NCBI GenBank assembly: GCA_047651235.1
Contig: CP178758.1
Coordinates: 1,950,001 to 1,982,000 of the forward strand
Direction: 5' to 3'
Source of the DNA: Candidatus Electrothrix yaqonensis
GTDB taxonomy: Bacteria > Desulfobacterota > Desulfobulbia > Desulfobulbales > Desulfobulbaceae
Length of the DNA stretch: 32,000 nucleotides
Shown: one piece after another, positions 7,439-17,257 of the stretch
Position numbering within the stretch: the stretch's first letter is position 1
Layout of the letters: every line of letters starts with the position of its first letter
Program-made: the position numbers and the translations under genes
The notes under the pieces: generated by a model
Told to the model about the DNA's origin: nothing
The model's database searches: none
The model's input: the letters and a program-made list of their open reading frames with translations, nothing else

Positions 7439-9526
7439 TCACTCCTTCAGTCCGGGCAGTGAAACCTCCACCAGCACCTCCTTTTTCGGCTGGCCGCTGA
7501 TGTCCGTGACCCGGCGGACCACCCGGCTGCTGATCCGTTTGCCGATGGCCGCAGCTCCCTTGATCAGGTAGTCTTCCAAATCAATTTCCAGGGAATTATA
7601 GCGGGCCCGTGCCGAGGGCACCAGACTGATCCGGGCCCGGATGCCGGTCTCGCCCATGGCCAGCAGCTGAATGGTCGAGCGTTTATGCTCCTCGAACAGG
7701 CGGTATTCTTTATTGAGGATGAACTTGGGCATCTTAAAGCGCTTGACATAGCTCAGGTTCACGGCCCCTGCGCGGTAGATCAGGTTGAAGACCAGCTTGT
7801 TGTTCACCACCCCGACCCAGGCCACCTCGCTGCCCACAAATAGCTTGTCCGGCACATTGATCACCTTGTACAGACCGTCCTTGAAAATCAGCAGGATACG
7901 GTCCAGTTCGGAGCAGGCAAACTCTATATCCTTTTTATCATCCTCGGCTTTGATTTTATGGCCGAGAAAGCCGGATTCCCGCTGATAGCCCACCTGGATA
8001 TTGGACAGGGCCGCAGCCCGCGCATTGACCTCATCAAAGGCTTTCAGCTCACTGCGGCGGGGAAACCGGTCCCCGTATGTATCCAGCAGGCCCCGGAGAT
8101 AGTTCCTGGTGAACAGCACCATGTCTTTCAGATGCCTGTCAATGGCGGCAATGCCCTTTTCCAAAGCACGGATTTCCTTCTGCTGCTTATTAATATCATA
8201 CCGGGAAATGCGTTTTATCCTGATCTCCAGCAGGCGTTCGATATCCTCCTTGACCACCTTGCGGATCAGTTCGTCGGCAAAGGATTCCAAGGCCTGACGC
8301 ACCGTGGTGGTCACGGCCTTGTACGAGGTCTGCTCCTCAATCTGCTTGTACAGCCGCTCTTCGATAAAAATCTGCTCCAGCTTGCGGGCGTGCAGTTTAT
8401 CCAGCAGACGACCCCGCTCAATGCGCAGCTCCTTTTCCAGATCCTGCTTGAGCTTATCCGTATTATGGCAAAGTACCTCCTCCACCTGCATGATGCAGGG
8501 CATGTTCTCCCTGATAACCACCAGATTTGGGGAGATGCTCAGCTCGCAGTCGGTAAAGGCGTACAGGGCATCAATGGTTTCCTCGGCATAGACATTGCGC
8601 GGCAGCTTGATCTCCACCTCCACCTGTTCAGCCGTGTAGTCATTGATAGAGGCGATCTTGAGCTTGCCAGCCTTGGCTGCCTTTTCCACCGAGTCTGTCA
8701 GGGCCTGGGTAGTGAGATTGTAGGGCAGCTCGGTGACGGTGATGGTTTTTTCATCCCGCACTTCGATCCTGGCCCGGCAGCGCAGACGACCGTTGCCCTG
8801 CTCATAGTCCGAGGTATCGACAATGCCGCCCTTGGGAAAGTCCGGATACAGGGTGAACTCCTCGCCGGAAAGGTAGTTGATCTGGGCCTGTAGCAGCTCA
8901 ACGAAATTATGCGGCATGATCTTGGTGGCCATGCCCACGGCAATGCCTTCGGCGCCCAGCAGCAGGAGCATGGGCAGCTTGGAGGGCAGCGTAACCGGCT
9001 CCTGCATCCGACCGTCATAGGAATCAACAAACTCGGTCAGGTCTTTGTTGAACAGGGTCTCGCGGGCCAGGGGCGTCAGGCGGCACTCAATGTACCGGGC
9101 TGCCGATGCCTGATCGCCGGTAAAGATGTTGCCGAAGTTGCCCTGTCGGTCGATGAGATAGCCCTTATTGGCCAGATTGACCAGGGCGGCAAAGATGGAC
9201 TGATCGCCGTGCGGGTGGAGCTTCATGGTCTCGCCCACCACATTGGCCACCTTGTGATAGCGGCCGTCATCCATATTGTGCAGGGTCTGGAGGAGGCGGC
9301 GCTGCACCGGCTTCAGGCCGTCGTCTATATCCGGGATGGCCCGCTCCCGGATCACGTAGGAGGTGTAGTCCAGGAAGTTGTCGTCAAAGAGCTTGTGGAG
9401 CTTGCCCTGCGGCTGCTCCTGTATCTGCTCTGCTGTCTCTTCTGTGTGCATTATTTTGGTTATTGCTGAATGGATTGTTCTCTCACCAGAGAGTTTTGAC
9501 ATGAGGGTACTGTTGAATCTTTGCAT
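7439..9526 (-). CDS. parC: DNA gyrase/topoisomerase IV subunit A-like protein (ParC-type with short C-terminal domain); start uncertain
   Basis: DGLKPVQRR, KLHPHGD and AARYIECRL (catalytic Tyr), followed by a reduced beta-pinwheel-like tail. Alternative ATG starts at 9502 and 9451; none has a clear SD. No B subunit is present in the window. Confidence 0.85.
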   Translation of the reverse strand: MQRFNSTLMSKLSGERTIHSAITKIMHTEETAEQIQEQPQGKLHKLFDDNFLDYTSYVIRERAIPDIDDGLKPVQRRLLQTLHNMDDGRYHKVANVVGETMKLHPHGDQSIFAALVNLANKGYLIDRQGNFGNIFTGDQASAARYIECRLTPLARETLFNKDLTEFVDSYDGRMQEPVTLPSKLPMLLLLGAEGIAVGMATKIMPHNFVELLQAQINYLSGEEFTLYPDFPKGGIVDTSDYEQGNGRLRCRARIEVRDEKTITVTELPYNLTTQALTDSVEKAAKAGKLKIASINDYTAEQVEVEIKLPRNVYAEETIDALYAFTDCELSISPNLVVIRENMPCIMQVEEVLCHNTDKLKQDLEKELRIERGRLLDKLHARKLEQIFIEERLYKQIEEQTSYKAVTTTVRQALESFADELIRKVVKEDIERLLEIRIKRISRYDINKQQKEIRALEKGIAAIDRHLKDMVLFTRNYLRGLLDTYGDRFPRRSELKAFDEVNARAAALSNIQVGYQRESGFLGHKIKAEDDKKDIEFACSELDRILLIFKDGLYKVINVPDKLFVGSEVAWVGVVNNKLVFNLIYRAGAVNLSYVKRFKMPKFILNKEYRLFEEHKRSTIQLLAMGETGIRARISLVPSARARYNSLEIDLEDYLIKGAAAIGKRISSRVVRRVTDISGQPKKEVLVEVSLPGLKE

Positions 9527-9903
9527 CTTTGGTCAGAACGGTGGCATTTTCTTCCCGTGCTGTCGCCACAATGATCTGATCACCGGGGTCGTTATGAAAA
9601 GGAGTCGGCAGGCTTGTGGAGCGGTAGGCAATAGGCAATAATTGGAGAAAGTTCAACCAGTCTGAACTTGGGCATATCAAGGGCTTTCTTCAGCCAGTCT
9701 TCCGGGGTGCAGGATATGCCGATGCGTTTCTTTTCCAGCAGCTTACTGAACTCCCAGGGTGAGATTGCCGATAAAAGGAGTTCGCTGTAGTTGCTGCTGT
9801 CGGCAATCAACTGAAGAACCCTTTCGGACAGCCGGGAGGGATTCATATTCCACCAGATCCAGGTATGCGTATCCAGCAGAAATTTCACGAACATGCCTCC
9901 CAC
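9483..9903 (-). pseudogene. vapC: PIN-domain VapC toxin, frameshifted by a 7-bp tandem duplication
   Basis: ORFs 9592-9903 (KFLLDTHTWIWW...) and 9483-9680 (...FHNDPGDQIIVATAREENATVLTKD) are the two halves of one PIN protein. Deleting one AGGCAAT copy (9626-9639) joins them in frame. The likely real start is the GTG at 9888-9886, overlapping the antitoxin stop (GTGA). Confidence 0.85.
9626..9639 (-). repeat. Perfect 7-bp tandem duplication AGGCAAT AGGCAAT (ATTGCCT x2 on the coding strand) inside vapC
   Basis: Read directly from the sequence at 9626-9632 and 9633-9639. Confidence 0.95.
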
Positions 9904-10118
9904 ATGTCCTCACCCAAAGGAGAGATAATATCCTCCTCAAACACAAGGGTATCACTCAGTCGGCCTGGTTCCGGTGAAGACGGAGCTTCCTTATACGGTA
10001 CAAGCCGGGCCACCGGCTTGCCCCGCTTGGTAATAATCAGCGGTTCGTGGTCTTGTGCTATTTGACTGATAATCTGTAAAACATGGGCTTTAAACTGACT
10101 GATTGCCATTGTTTTCAT
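9885..10118 (-). CDS. Phd/YefM family type II antitoxin
   Basis: 77 aa. MKTMAISQFKAHVLQIISQIAQDHEPLIITKRGKPVARLVPY is a typical Phd/YefM N-terminal domain. AGGAGG SD. Sits directly upstream of vapC. Confidence 0.88.
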   Translation of the reverse strand: MKTMAISQFKAHVLQIISQIAQDHEPLIITKRGKPVARLVPYKEAPSSPEPGRLSDTLVFEEDIISPLGEDMWEACS

Positions 10119-10168
10119 TCTGCTGCCTCCTATATCCTGTACTGCTCAATTTACTTTATGGCCATCTC

Positions 10169-10197
10169 AGTATAATGTGGTCATAAGGAATGGTCAA
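10169..10197 (-). promoter_or_regulatory. Sigma70-like promoter of the antitoxin-toxin operon
   Basis: On the minus strand: TTGACC (10197-10192), a 17-nt spacer, then TATACT (10174-10169). TGACCA direct repeats and an ATGGCCAT palindrome nearby are candidate operator sites. Confidence 0.5.
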
Positions 10198-10214
10198 ATG
10201 AACTTGGACAGGCT

Positions 10215-12368
10215 TCAGCCCCGCCGCGCCCGGTAACGCAGCCACAGGTCTTCGGCCAGTCCCTTCAGGTCTGCACCGAAGCCGAAAAACTCCGGTTCGG
10301 CCTTGACGTTTTTCTTTATCACACTCATCAATGAGTCTTTGTCACCAATGTCGTCCGGTGCCTTTTCCAGCAGCTTCAGCATCTTTTCCTCATCCACGGT
10401 ATCCAGCAGCTCGCGGACCGGATACGCCTTTTTCGACCCTTCCGGAATGTACTTTTCTATGCCCTGTTCTGCGTAGTTGAGCAGGGTTTCGTAATCTGCA
10501 GTACGGGCCGGGTCATCCGGCATGGGAATACGTTCGCTCACCTTCAAGCCCTCAAAGCCGCCGTTGATCTCCCGCAGGGTGAGCATAATCACAGTGAGAA
10601 AGGCCTTGGGTTGGGTGCCTGTGACCGTGATATGGATTTGCCGGGCCTCGTTGTCCGCGCGAATCACGGCAATGCTTTCGAGCAGGGGATGCTCCAGCAC
10701 AACCCCGGTGCGCCAGCGCAGCCTGTCCTTGATCTCCTTATGCCGCTTGACGATAAAGCGGGGCATGACTGAAGGCGGCAGGAAGTCCTTGTACTCCAGC
10801 AGGAAACGAAGCGCATCCCGGTCATCAAAGGCAAAGGGAGGCTCTGAGACCTCCAGCAGGTCCGGGATAAGCACCTCGCCGTCTTCCAGCTCATAGCAGA
10901 GCTCGAACTTCCGCATCAGCTCGATGAAATAGGGATGATCCCGCCACTGATATCGGTAGGTGTCGCCCTCTTCATACCGAAGAATCTCCCGCAGATCATC
11001 CTTGCGGAACAGGCCGTTGCGCTCGGCAATGGAGGGCGCATTGATAATCTTATACACGGCCTCGGTCACCCATTTAGGGTCCAGGACATGATTATCCGCC
11101 AGATCGAACTCGGTAAAGTGAATGACAATACCCAGATCGTGCAGGAATTCCGCTAACACATTCTGCTTGCTCGCCTCGTTCACCCCACATCCACTACAGA
11201 TACCCGTAAACTTCTCATAGCTAACGCGGGGATCGTTCATCTGCTCAAACTCCGCCTTTACCCGAAACCAGCTGCCGGGCCAGCGGGTATGCACCATAGG
11301 CACCTTGCCCAACTCTTCAACCAGGGCCTGACGAAAGGCCCGGATGCCGTTGCCGGTTTTGCAGGATGTGCGATAGAAATCGACGATGAAGGGGTATTTC
11401 TTCTTGAGAAAAGGTCGGTTGAGGTCAAAGCCGGGATTTGTGTCGTACTTATTGAGGACGATGAGAACCGGTGAGCCGCCACCAAAGGATTCGATATAGC
11501 GGAGCCAGTACTCAGGCCGTTCGTCCCGCCTGCCATCCAGTACCAGGACATAGAGGCTGCGGCGGGAAAGGAAAAACTGGTGGGTGGCGTGCATGATCTC
11601 CTGACCGCCAAAGTCCCAGAGGTTGCAGCGCAGGGAGTGGTCACCGGTTTCCAGCTTCCAGTTCTTGATGCGGATACCGTGGGTGGTTTCCTCCAGCTCA
11701 TTGAAACGTTCCTCCCGGAGGCAGCGGGTGAGTGAGGTCTTGCCCGATGCCCCTTCACCCACCAGGATGACCTTGACCTCCGCTACTGTCCGGGACCCTT
11801 CTTCGAGGGAGGCGAAGTATTCGCGGATGGCTTGGATGCCTTGTTCCACGATTTCAGGAGGCGGGGATGTGAGAGGATTGCGACCGAGGTCAAGCCTGAT
11901 CAGGTTGGTCAGTTGACCAATTGCAGGCGGCAGAGAGGTAATCTGGTTGCCGTAAAGGTAAAGTTTAGTAAGATTCTTGAGCTGAACGATTTCCGGCGGC
12001 AAGCTGGTAAGCTTATTGCTGCCGAGGTTAAGCATGGTAAGGTCAGTCAGTTGAAAAAGCTCGGACGGCAGATGGGTAAGTTTGTTTCTGCTGAGGACAA
12101 GCGAGGTAAGGTTGGTCAACTGAAAGAATTCGGGAGGCAGTTCGGTAAGCCGGTTCCTGCTGAGGCGAAGTGCGGTAAGGTTGGTCAGCTGCGCGATCGA
12201 AGGGGACAGAGAGGTTAGCCGGTTGTCCCAGAGATCAAGCATGGTAAGATTGGTTAGTTGAAAGAGTTTGAACGGCAGCATGTTTATCCCTTGCCCACTG
12301 AGATTAAGCTCCGTTGCCCCTGTCTCCTTGGCCTCCTCAATCAACCGCAAAGCCTCATCATACCCCAT
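10215..12368 (-). CDS. Roco-family protein: leucine-rich repeats, Roc (Ras-of-complex) GTPase and COR domain
   Basis: About seven 23-aa LRRs (LTNLTxLxLxxNxLTSLPPEIxQ). G1 GEGASGKTSL, G3 DFGGQE, G4 NKYD, then a COR-like region of about 300 aa. I prefer the ATG at 12368 (AAGGAGG 8 nt upstream) over the ORF-track start at 12413. Confidence 0.88.
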   Translation of the reverse strand: MGYDEALRLIEEAKETGATELNLSGQGINMLPFKLFQLTNLTMLDLWDNRLTSLSPSIAQLTNLTALRLSRNRLTELPPEFFQLTNLTSLVLSRNKLTHLPSELFQLTDLTMLNLGSNKLTSLPPEIVQLKNLTKLYLYGNQITSLPPAIGQLTNLIRLDLGRNPLTSPPPEIVEQGIQAIREYFASLEEGSRTVAEVKVILVGEGASGKTSLTRCLREERFNELEETTHGIRIKNWKLETGDHSLRCNLWDFGGQEIMHATHQFFLSRRSLYVLVLDGRRDERPEYWLRYIESFGGGSPVLIVLNKYDTNPGFDLNRPFLKKKYPFIVDFYRTSCKTGNGIRAFRQALVEELGKVPMVHTRWPGSWFRVKAEFEQMNDPRVSYEKFTGICSGCGVNEASKQNVLAEFLHDLGIVIHFTEFDLADNHVLDPKWVTEAVYKIINAPSIAERNGLFRKDDLREILRYEEGDTYRYQWRDHPYFIELMRKFELCYELEDGEVLIPDLLEVSEPPFAFDDRDALRFLLEYKDFLPPSVMPRFIVKRHKEIKDRLRWRTGVVLEHPLLESIAVIRADNEARQIHITVTGTQPKAFLTVIMLTLREINGGFEGLKVSERIPMPDDPARTADYETLLNYAEQGIEKYIPEGSKKAYPVRELLDTVDEEKMLKLLEKAPDDIGDKDSLMSVIKKNVKAEPEFFGFGADLKGLAEDLWLRYRARRG

Positions 12369-12403
12369 CGCCTGTTCCTCCTTTCCTGTTTTTCCCGCAA
12401 TCC

Positions 12404-12431
12404 GTAGGGGCACGGCATGCCGTGTCCCTAC
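12404..12431. promoter_or_regulatory. 28-bp near-perfect palindrome in the Roco leader
   Basis: GTAGGGGCACGGCATGCCGTGTCCCTAC has one non-symmetric position and is centred on GCATGC. It lies 36 nt upstream of the preferred Roco start. Confidence 0.5.
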
Positions 12432-12439
12432 AACGGCCC

Positions 12440-12577
12440 GTCATACACTGCTTCCTCTGTAAGTCCATAACGTTATAAACCCTGAGTCCATAGTATTGCA
12501 AACACATAGTCCATCGCGTTATAAACTATGAACCCATAGCACTATTACCCCCAACGACATAGTAGGACAGCAAGTCG
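12440..12577. repeat. Degenerate tandem array with an exact 23-bp period (GTCCATA-type units), 5-6 copies
   Basis: Unit starts at 12463, 12486, 12509, 12532 and 12555, with a weaker one at 12440. Units 1 and 3 share 19/23 nt (gtccataacgttataaaccctga vs gtccatcgcgttataaactatga); the outer units are decayed. Confidence 0.7.
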
Positions 12578-12652
12578 TTCCTGGGTGCTTTATCCGGGCA
12601 GACACTCTCGCTTTCCAGCAGCTCCAGAATGCTGATATCCTCCATCAGGAGC

Positions 12653-14674
<2,022 letters not shown>

Positions 14675-14720
14675 AGAATTCAATTCGGCATATTGCTCAT
14701 TATTTTGGCTGATTTGATAT

Positions 14721-15077
14721 TCAGCGCTTTGCTACTGAATCCAAGTTCGTAACAGCCCAGTCGTGCATTGCCCACAAAACCGACTCTAATGTTCGACCAA
14801 CATCTGTCAGTGAATACTCGGTTTTCGGCGGCACCTCCGCAAATACTTTACGGTGAACAATCCCGTCTCCCTCTAACTCACGCAGATGTTTTGTCAACAT
14901 GCGTTGAGATGCCGCAGGCATGAGTCTGCGAAGCTCATTAAAGCGTTTCGTACCACTCAATAGGTGATGAATGATCGGGCACTTCCAGCGACCACCAATC
15001 ACCTTTATCGTTATTTCTACAGGGCACGCTTCGCCGTTATATACATCCTTTTGCATTGTTTTAGCTGAAAATTTCAT
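14721..15077 (-). CDS. HxlR-family winged-helix transcriptional regulator
   Basis: 118 aa. [34 protein letters not shown]...[23 protein letters not shown]...PPKTEYSLT is the HxlR signature. Confidence 0.9.
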   Translation of the reverse strand: MKFSAKTMQKDVYNGEACPVEITIKVIGGRWKCPIIHHLLSGTKRFNELRRLMPAASQRMLTKHLRELEGDGIVHRKVFAEVPPKTEYSLTDVGRTLESVLWAMHDWAVTNLDSVAKR

Positions 15078-15186
15078 GGTTACAAAAATGTTCCTACTTA
15101 CAAAAAAATAATTAACATGTAATAATAGCCCTACTGACCCTTATTAATCAAGGGCAAACAAATGAAACAAAAGGTAGAGATTTAAC

Positions 15187-16089
15187 ATGGAAAATACAGA
15201 TCTCAAAATTATCAGTTTTACCGATCCCTACTGTACATGGTGCTGGGGTTCTGAGCCGATCCTGAGAAAAATACAGGAAATTTATGGTGTTCAGGTATCT
15301 ATCAGTTTTGTAATGGGTGGACTTGTAGAGGATATGCGAAACTTCAGTGATCCAAGTGCCGGTATTGGTGGAGAACTGTGGTATAAGAAAGTAGCTGAAC
15401 ATTGGGTTGAGGCGTCTGGTCGTCATAAGATGCCGGTGGATGAGCAAGTATTTTTTGATATGAAGAACGATGTTTTTTCTACCTATCCTGCTTGTATCGC
15501 CTTCAAAGCTGCTCAATTTCAGGGCGAGGAATCGGGGAATCGCTACTTGCGTCGCTTACGTGAAGCTGCCGCAGCTGAAAGACTCGTAATCCAGCTTTTT
15601 GATGTTCAAGTGAAATTAGCCGAGGAAGTCGGACTGGATCGTGAGAGTTTTGTCGCGAGCATCCACTCTGGACAAGCCGAACAGGCGTTTCGAGAAGACC
15701 TTGCGCAATGCCGTCAACAAGGCATACAAGGGTTTCCGAGTTTTCTTGTACGAGGTTTCGGCGAAGAGATCCTTCTGAGAGGATACACGCCATATCAGAC
15801 TTTCGACCGTTGGGTTCAGGAATTATTGAAGAATCAATTGACACAGCACACATTCCATGCAAGCTCTTCACAGGTATTTGATTTCATCTCCCGATACGGC
15901 AAAGTTGCTCCAATGGAAGTGGCCTGTGTGTACGATATGACGTTTGAAGACGCTCAAACGTTATTGCAAGACATGGCGGCAAGCGGTCTTGTGTCCGAAC
16001 AACAGGTTGGAAACGGCGCATTCTATGTGGCAGCCCAAGACACAGTGCAATGTGATCCTGTCAATGGAAGTTGTGCGTTCAAGTCGTAA
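15187..16089 (+). CDS. DsbA-like thioredoxin-fold protein with a C-terminal extension
   Basis: 300 aa. The N-terminal FTDPYCTWCWG carries a CxxC motif in a DsbA-like context. The last 90 aa or so look like a small helical (winged-helix-like) domain ending in Cys-x7-Cys. Divergent from hxlR. Confidence 0.75.
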   Translation: MENTDLKIISFTDPYCTWCWGSEPILRKIQEIYGVQVSISFVMGGLVEDMRNFSDPSAGIGGELWYKKVAEHWVEASGRHKMPVDEQVFFDMKNDVFSTYPACIAFKAAQFQGEESGNRYLRRLREAAAAERLVIQLFDVQVKLAEEVGLDRESFVASIHSGQAEQAFREDLAQCRQQGIQGFPSFLVRGFGEEILLRGYTPYQTFDRWVQELLKNQLTQHTFHASSSQVFDFISRYGKVAPMEVACVYDMTFEDAQTLLQDMAASGLVSEQQVGNGAFYVAAQDTVQCDPVNGSCAFKS

Positions 16090-16108
16090 TCAAATAAGGA
16101 GTCATTAA

Positions 16109-16537
16109 ATGAACACTTCAGTTTTATTAAAATCTTCGGCTGTGTTATGGATTATTTGGGGCTTGGTTCATGTATTTTTTGGGATAATGATTATTATCGG
16201 CGATACCGGTTCTGGGATACAAGCCATCGGCAATGGGGTTGAGCTAACCCAAATAAACTACCCTGATGTATTAGGTGCCATTATGAACCAGCATGGATGG
16301 AATCTACTCTGGTTCGGTGTTGTGACAACTGTCGGGGCTGTATTCATCTGGCGAGGCAGCAATATAGCTATAGGGATTAATGCCATGATCGCTGGCTTGG
16401 GAGATTTGGGGTACTTCATGTTTCTTGATCTCGGTGGTTATGTAAAATTTCTACCTGGTACTTTAATGACAATTATTGCATTGACAGCAATTTTATTAAG
16501 TTTTGGTGCTTACTTTAAGTACAAATCAAGCAACTAA
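16109..16537 (+). CDS. Hypothetical small membrane protein (about 4 TM helices)
   Basis: 142 aa with four hydrophobic stretches. AAGGAG SD 8 nt upstream. Starts 19 nt after the DsbA-like gene. No family recognised. Confidence 0.6.
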   Translation: MNTSVLLKSSAVLWIIWGLVHVFFGIMIIIGDTGSGIQAIGNGVELTQINYPDVLGAIMNQHGWNLLWFGVVTTVGAVFIWRGSNIAIGINAMIAGLGDLGYFMFLDLGGYVKFLPGTLMTIIALTAILLSFGAYFKYKSSN

Positions 16538-16548
16538 CAAAGTACCCC

Positions 16549-16583
16549 AGCTTTGCAAGGCGCATACCCTGCCCGGATTCCGC
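16549..16583 (+). repeat. Left copy of the imperfect direct repeat bracketing fic
   Basis: agctttgcaaggcgcataccctgcccggattccgc versus the right copy agctttggcagggcgcctaccatgcaccattttcgc. About 27 of 35 aligned positions are identical by hand alignment with one gap. Confidence 0.4.
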
Positions 16584-16708
16584 ATTCACAGCCCCGCGAT
16601 ACATCACAGGGCTGTTATCGGCTGTCCCTCTGGGACAAGGAAGGAAAATCGCCCCTTCTTGGGTATCAGCATATCCGGTACAGGTTACCAGGGGGGATGG
16701 GAGTTTAT

Positions 16709-17257
16709 ATGCAACATATCGATAAAAAAAGTCTCCATAACGCATATCGTCTCTTTGAAACTGGCGATATTGATCAATTTGAAATCGGCACAACAAAGGG
16801 CCTGCAACAAATCCATCATTATCTTTTTCATGGCCTGTATGACTTTGCCGGAGAAATACGCACAAACAACATCGCAAAAGGAAACTTCAGGTTTGCCAAC
16901 TCATTATACCTGAATGAAATACTCGTAAAAATCGAGCAAATGCCGGAGGAGACCTTTGAAGAAATCATAGCCAAATATGTGGAGATGAATATCGCCCATC
17001 CTTTCATGGAAGGAAATGGAAGGGCTATGCGTATTTGGCTGGATATGATCCTGAAAACCCGGCTGAAGAAAGTGGTCAACTGGCAGCTTGTAGATAAGGT
17101 GCTTTATTTGCAGGCAATGGAAAGAAGTCCGGTCAATGATTTGGAAATCAGAACCCTTCTGTCAGCAAACTTAACCGAGAAGATCAACAGCCGGGAAATT
17201 ATCTTTAAAGGGATAGAGCAATCCTATTATTATGAAGGATACGGGAACAAAAATTAG
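16709..17257 (+). CDS. fic: Fic family protein, class III (C-terminal auto-inhibitory helix)
   Basis: Fic motif [13 protein letters not shown]-terminal inhibitory motif SYYYEG, which fits (S/T)xxxE(G/N). I prefer the ATG at 16709 (GGGAG SD 5 nt upstream, 182 aa) over the ORF-track start at 16553. Confidence 0.88.
   Translation: MQHIDKKSLHNAYRLFETGDIDQFEIGTTKGLQQIHHYLFHGLYDFAGEIRTNNIAKGNFRFANSLYLNEILVKIEQMPEETFEEIIAKYVEMNIAHPFMEGNGRAMRIWLDMILKTRLKKVVNWQLVDKVLYLQAMERSPVNDLEIRTLLSANLTEKINSREIIFKGIEQSYYYEGYGNKN

Noticed and set aside
12369-12413. 15-codon N-terminal extension of the Roco ORF (MPLRIAGKTGKEEQA).
   Set aside because: The extension is encoded by the palindrome and SD region itself. 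AAGGAGG sits 8 nt before the ATG at 12368.
12440-12577. Possibility that the 23-bp periodic array is a CRISPR array.
   Set aside because: The units are directly abutting with no unique spacers. They are degenerate, and no cas genes or leader are present.
12526-12645. 39-aa minus-strand ORF (MEDISILELLESESVCPDKAPRNDLLSYYVVGGNSAMGS) starting 7 nt after the uvrB stop.
   Set aside because: It has no SD and no recognisable family, and its 3' half is encoded by the 23-bp repeat units. It might be a gene remnant, but I cannot support it.
15078-15186. Possible HxlR operator or divergent promoters in the hxlR / DsbA-like spacer (TTACAAAAA twice, ACATGT centre, CCCTT...AAGGG).
   Set aside because: I could not find a convincing extended palindrome or -35/-10 pair, so there is too little support to call a site.
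16553-16708. 52-codon N-terminal extension of the fic ORF ([20 protein letters not shown]...).
   Set aside because: It has no SD and its peptide is not Fic-like. It overlaps the left direct repeat and hairpin-rich leader. The internal ATG at 16709 has a GGGAG SD and gives a class III Fic of normal length.
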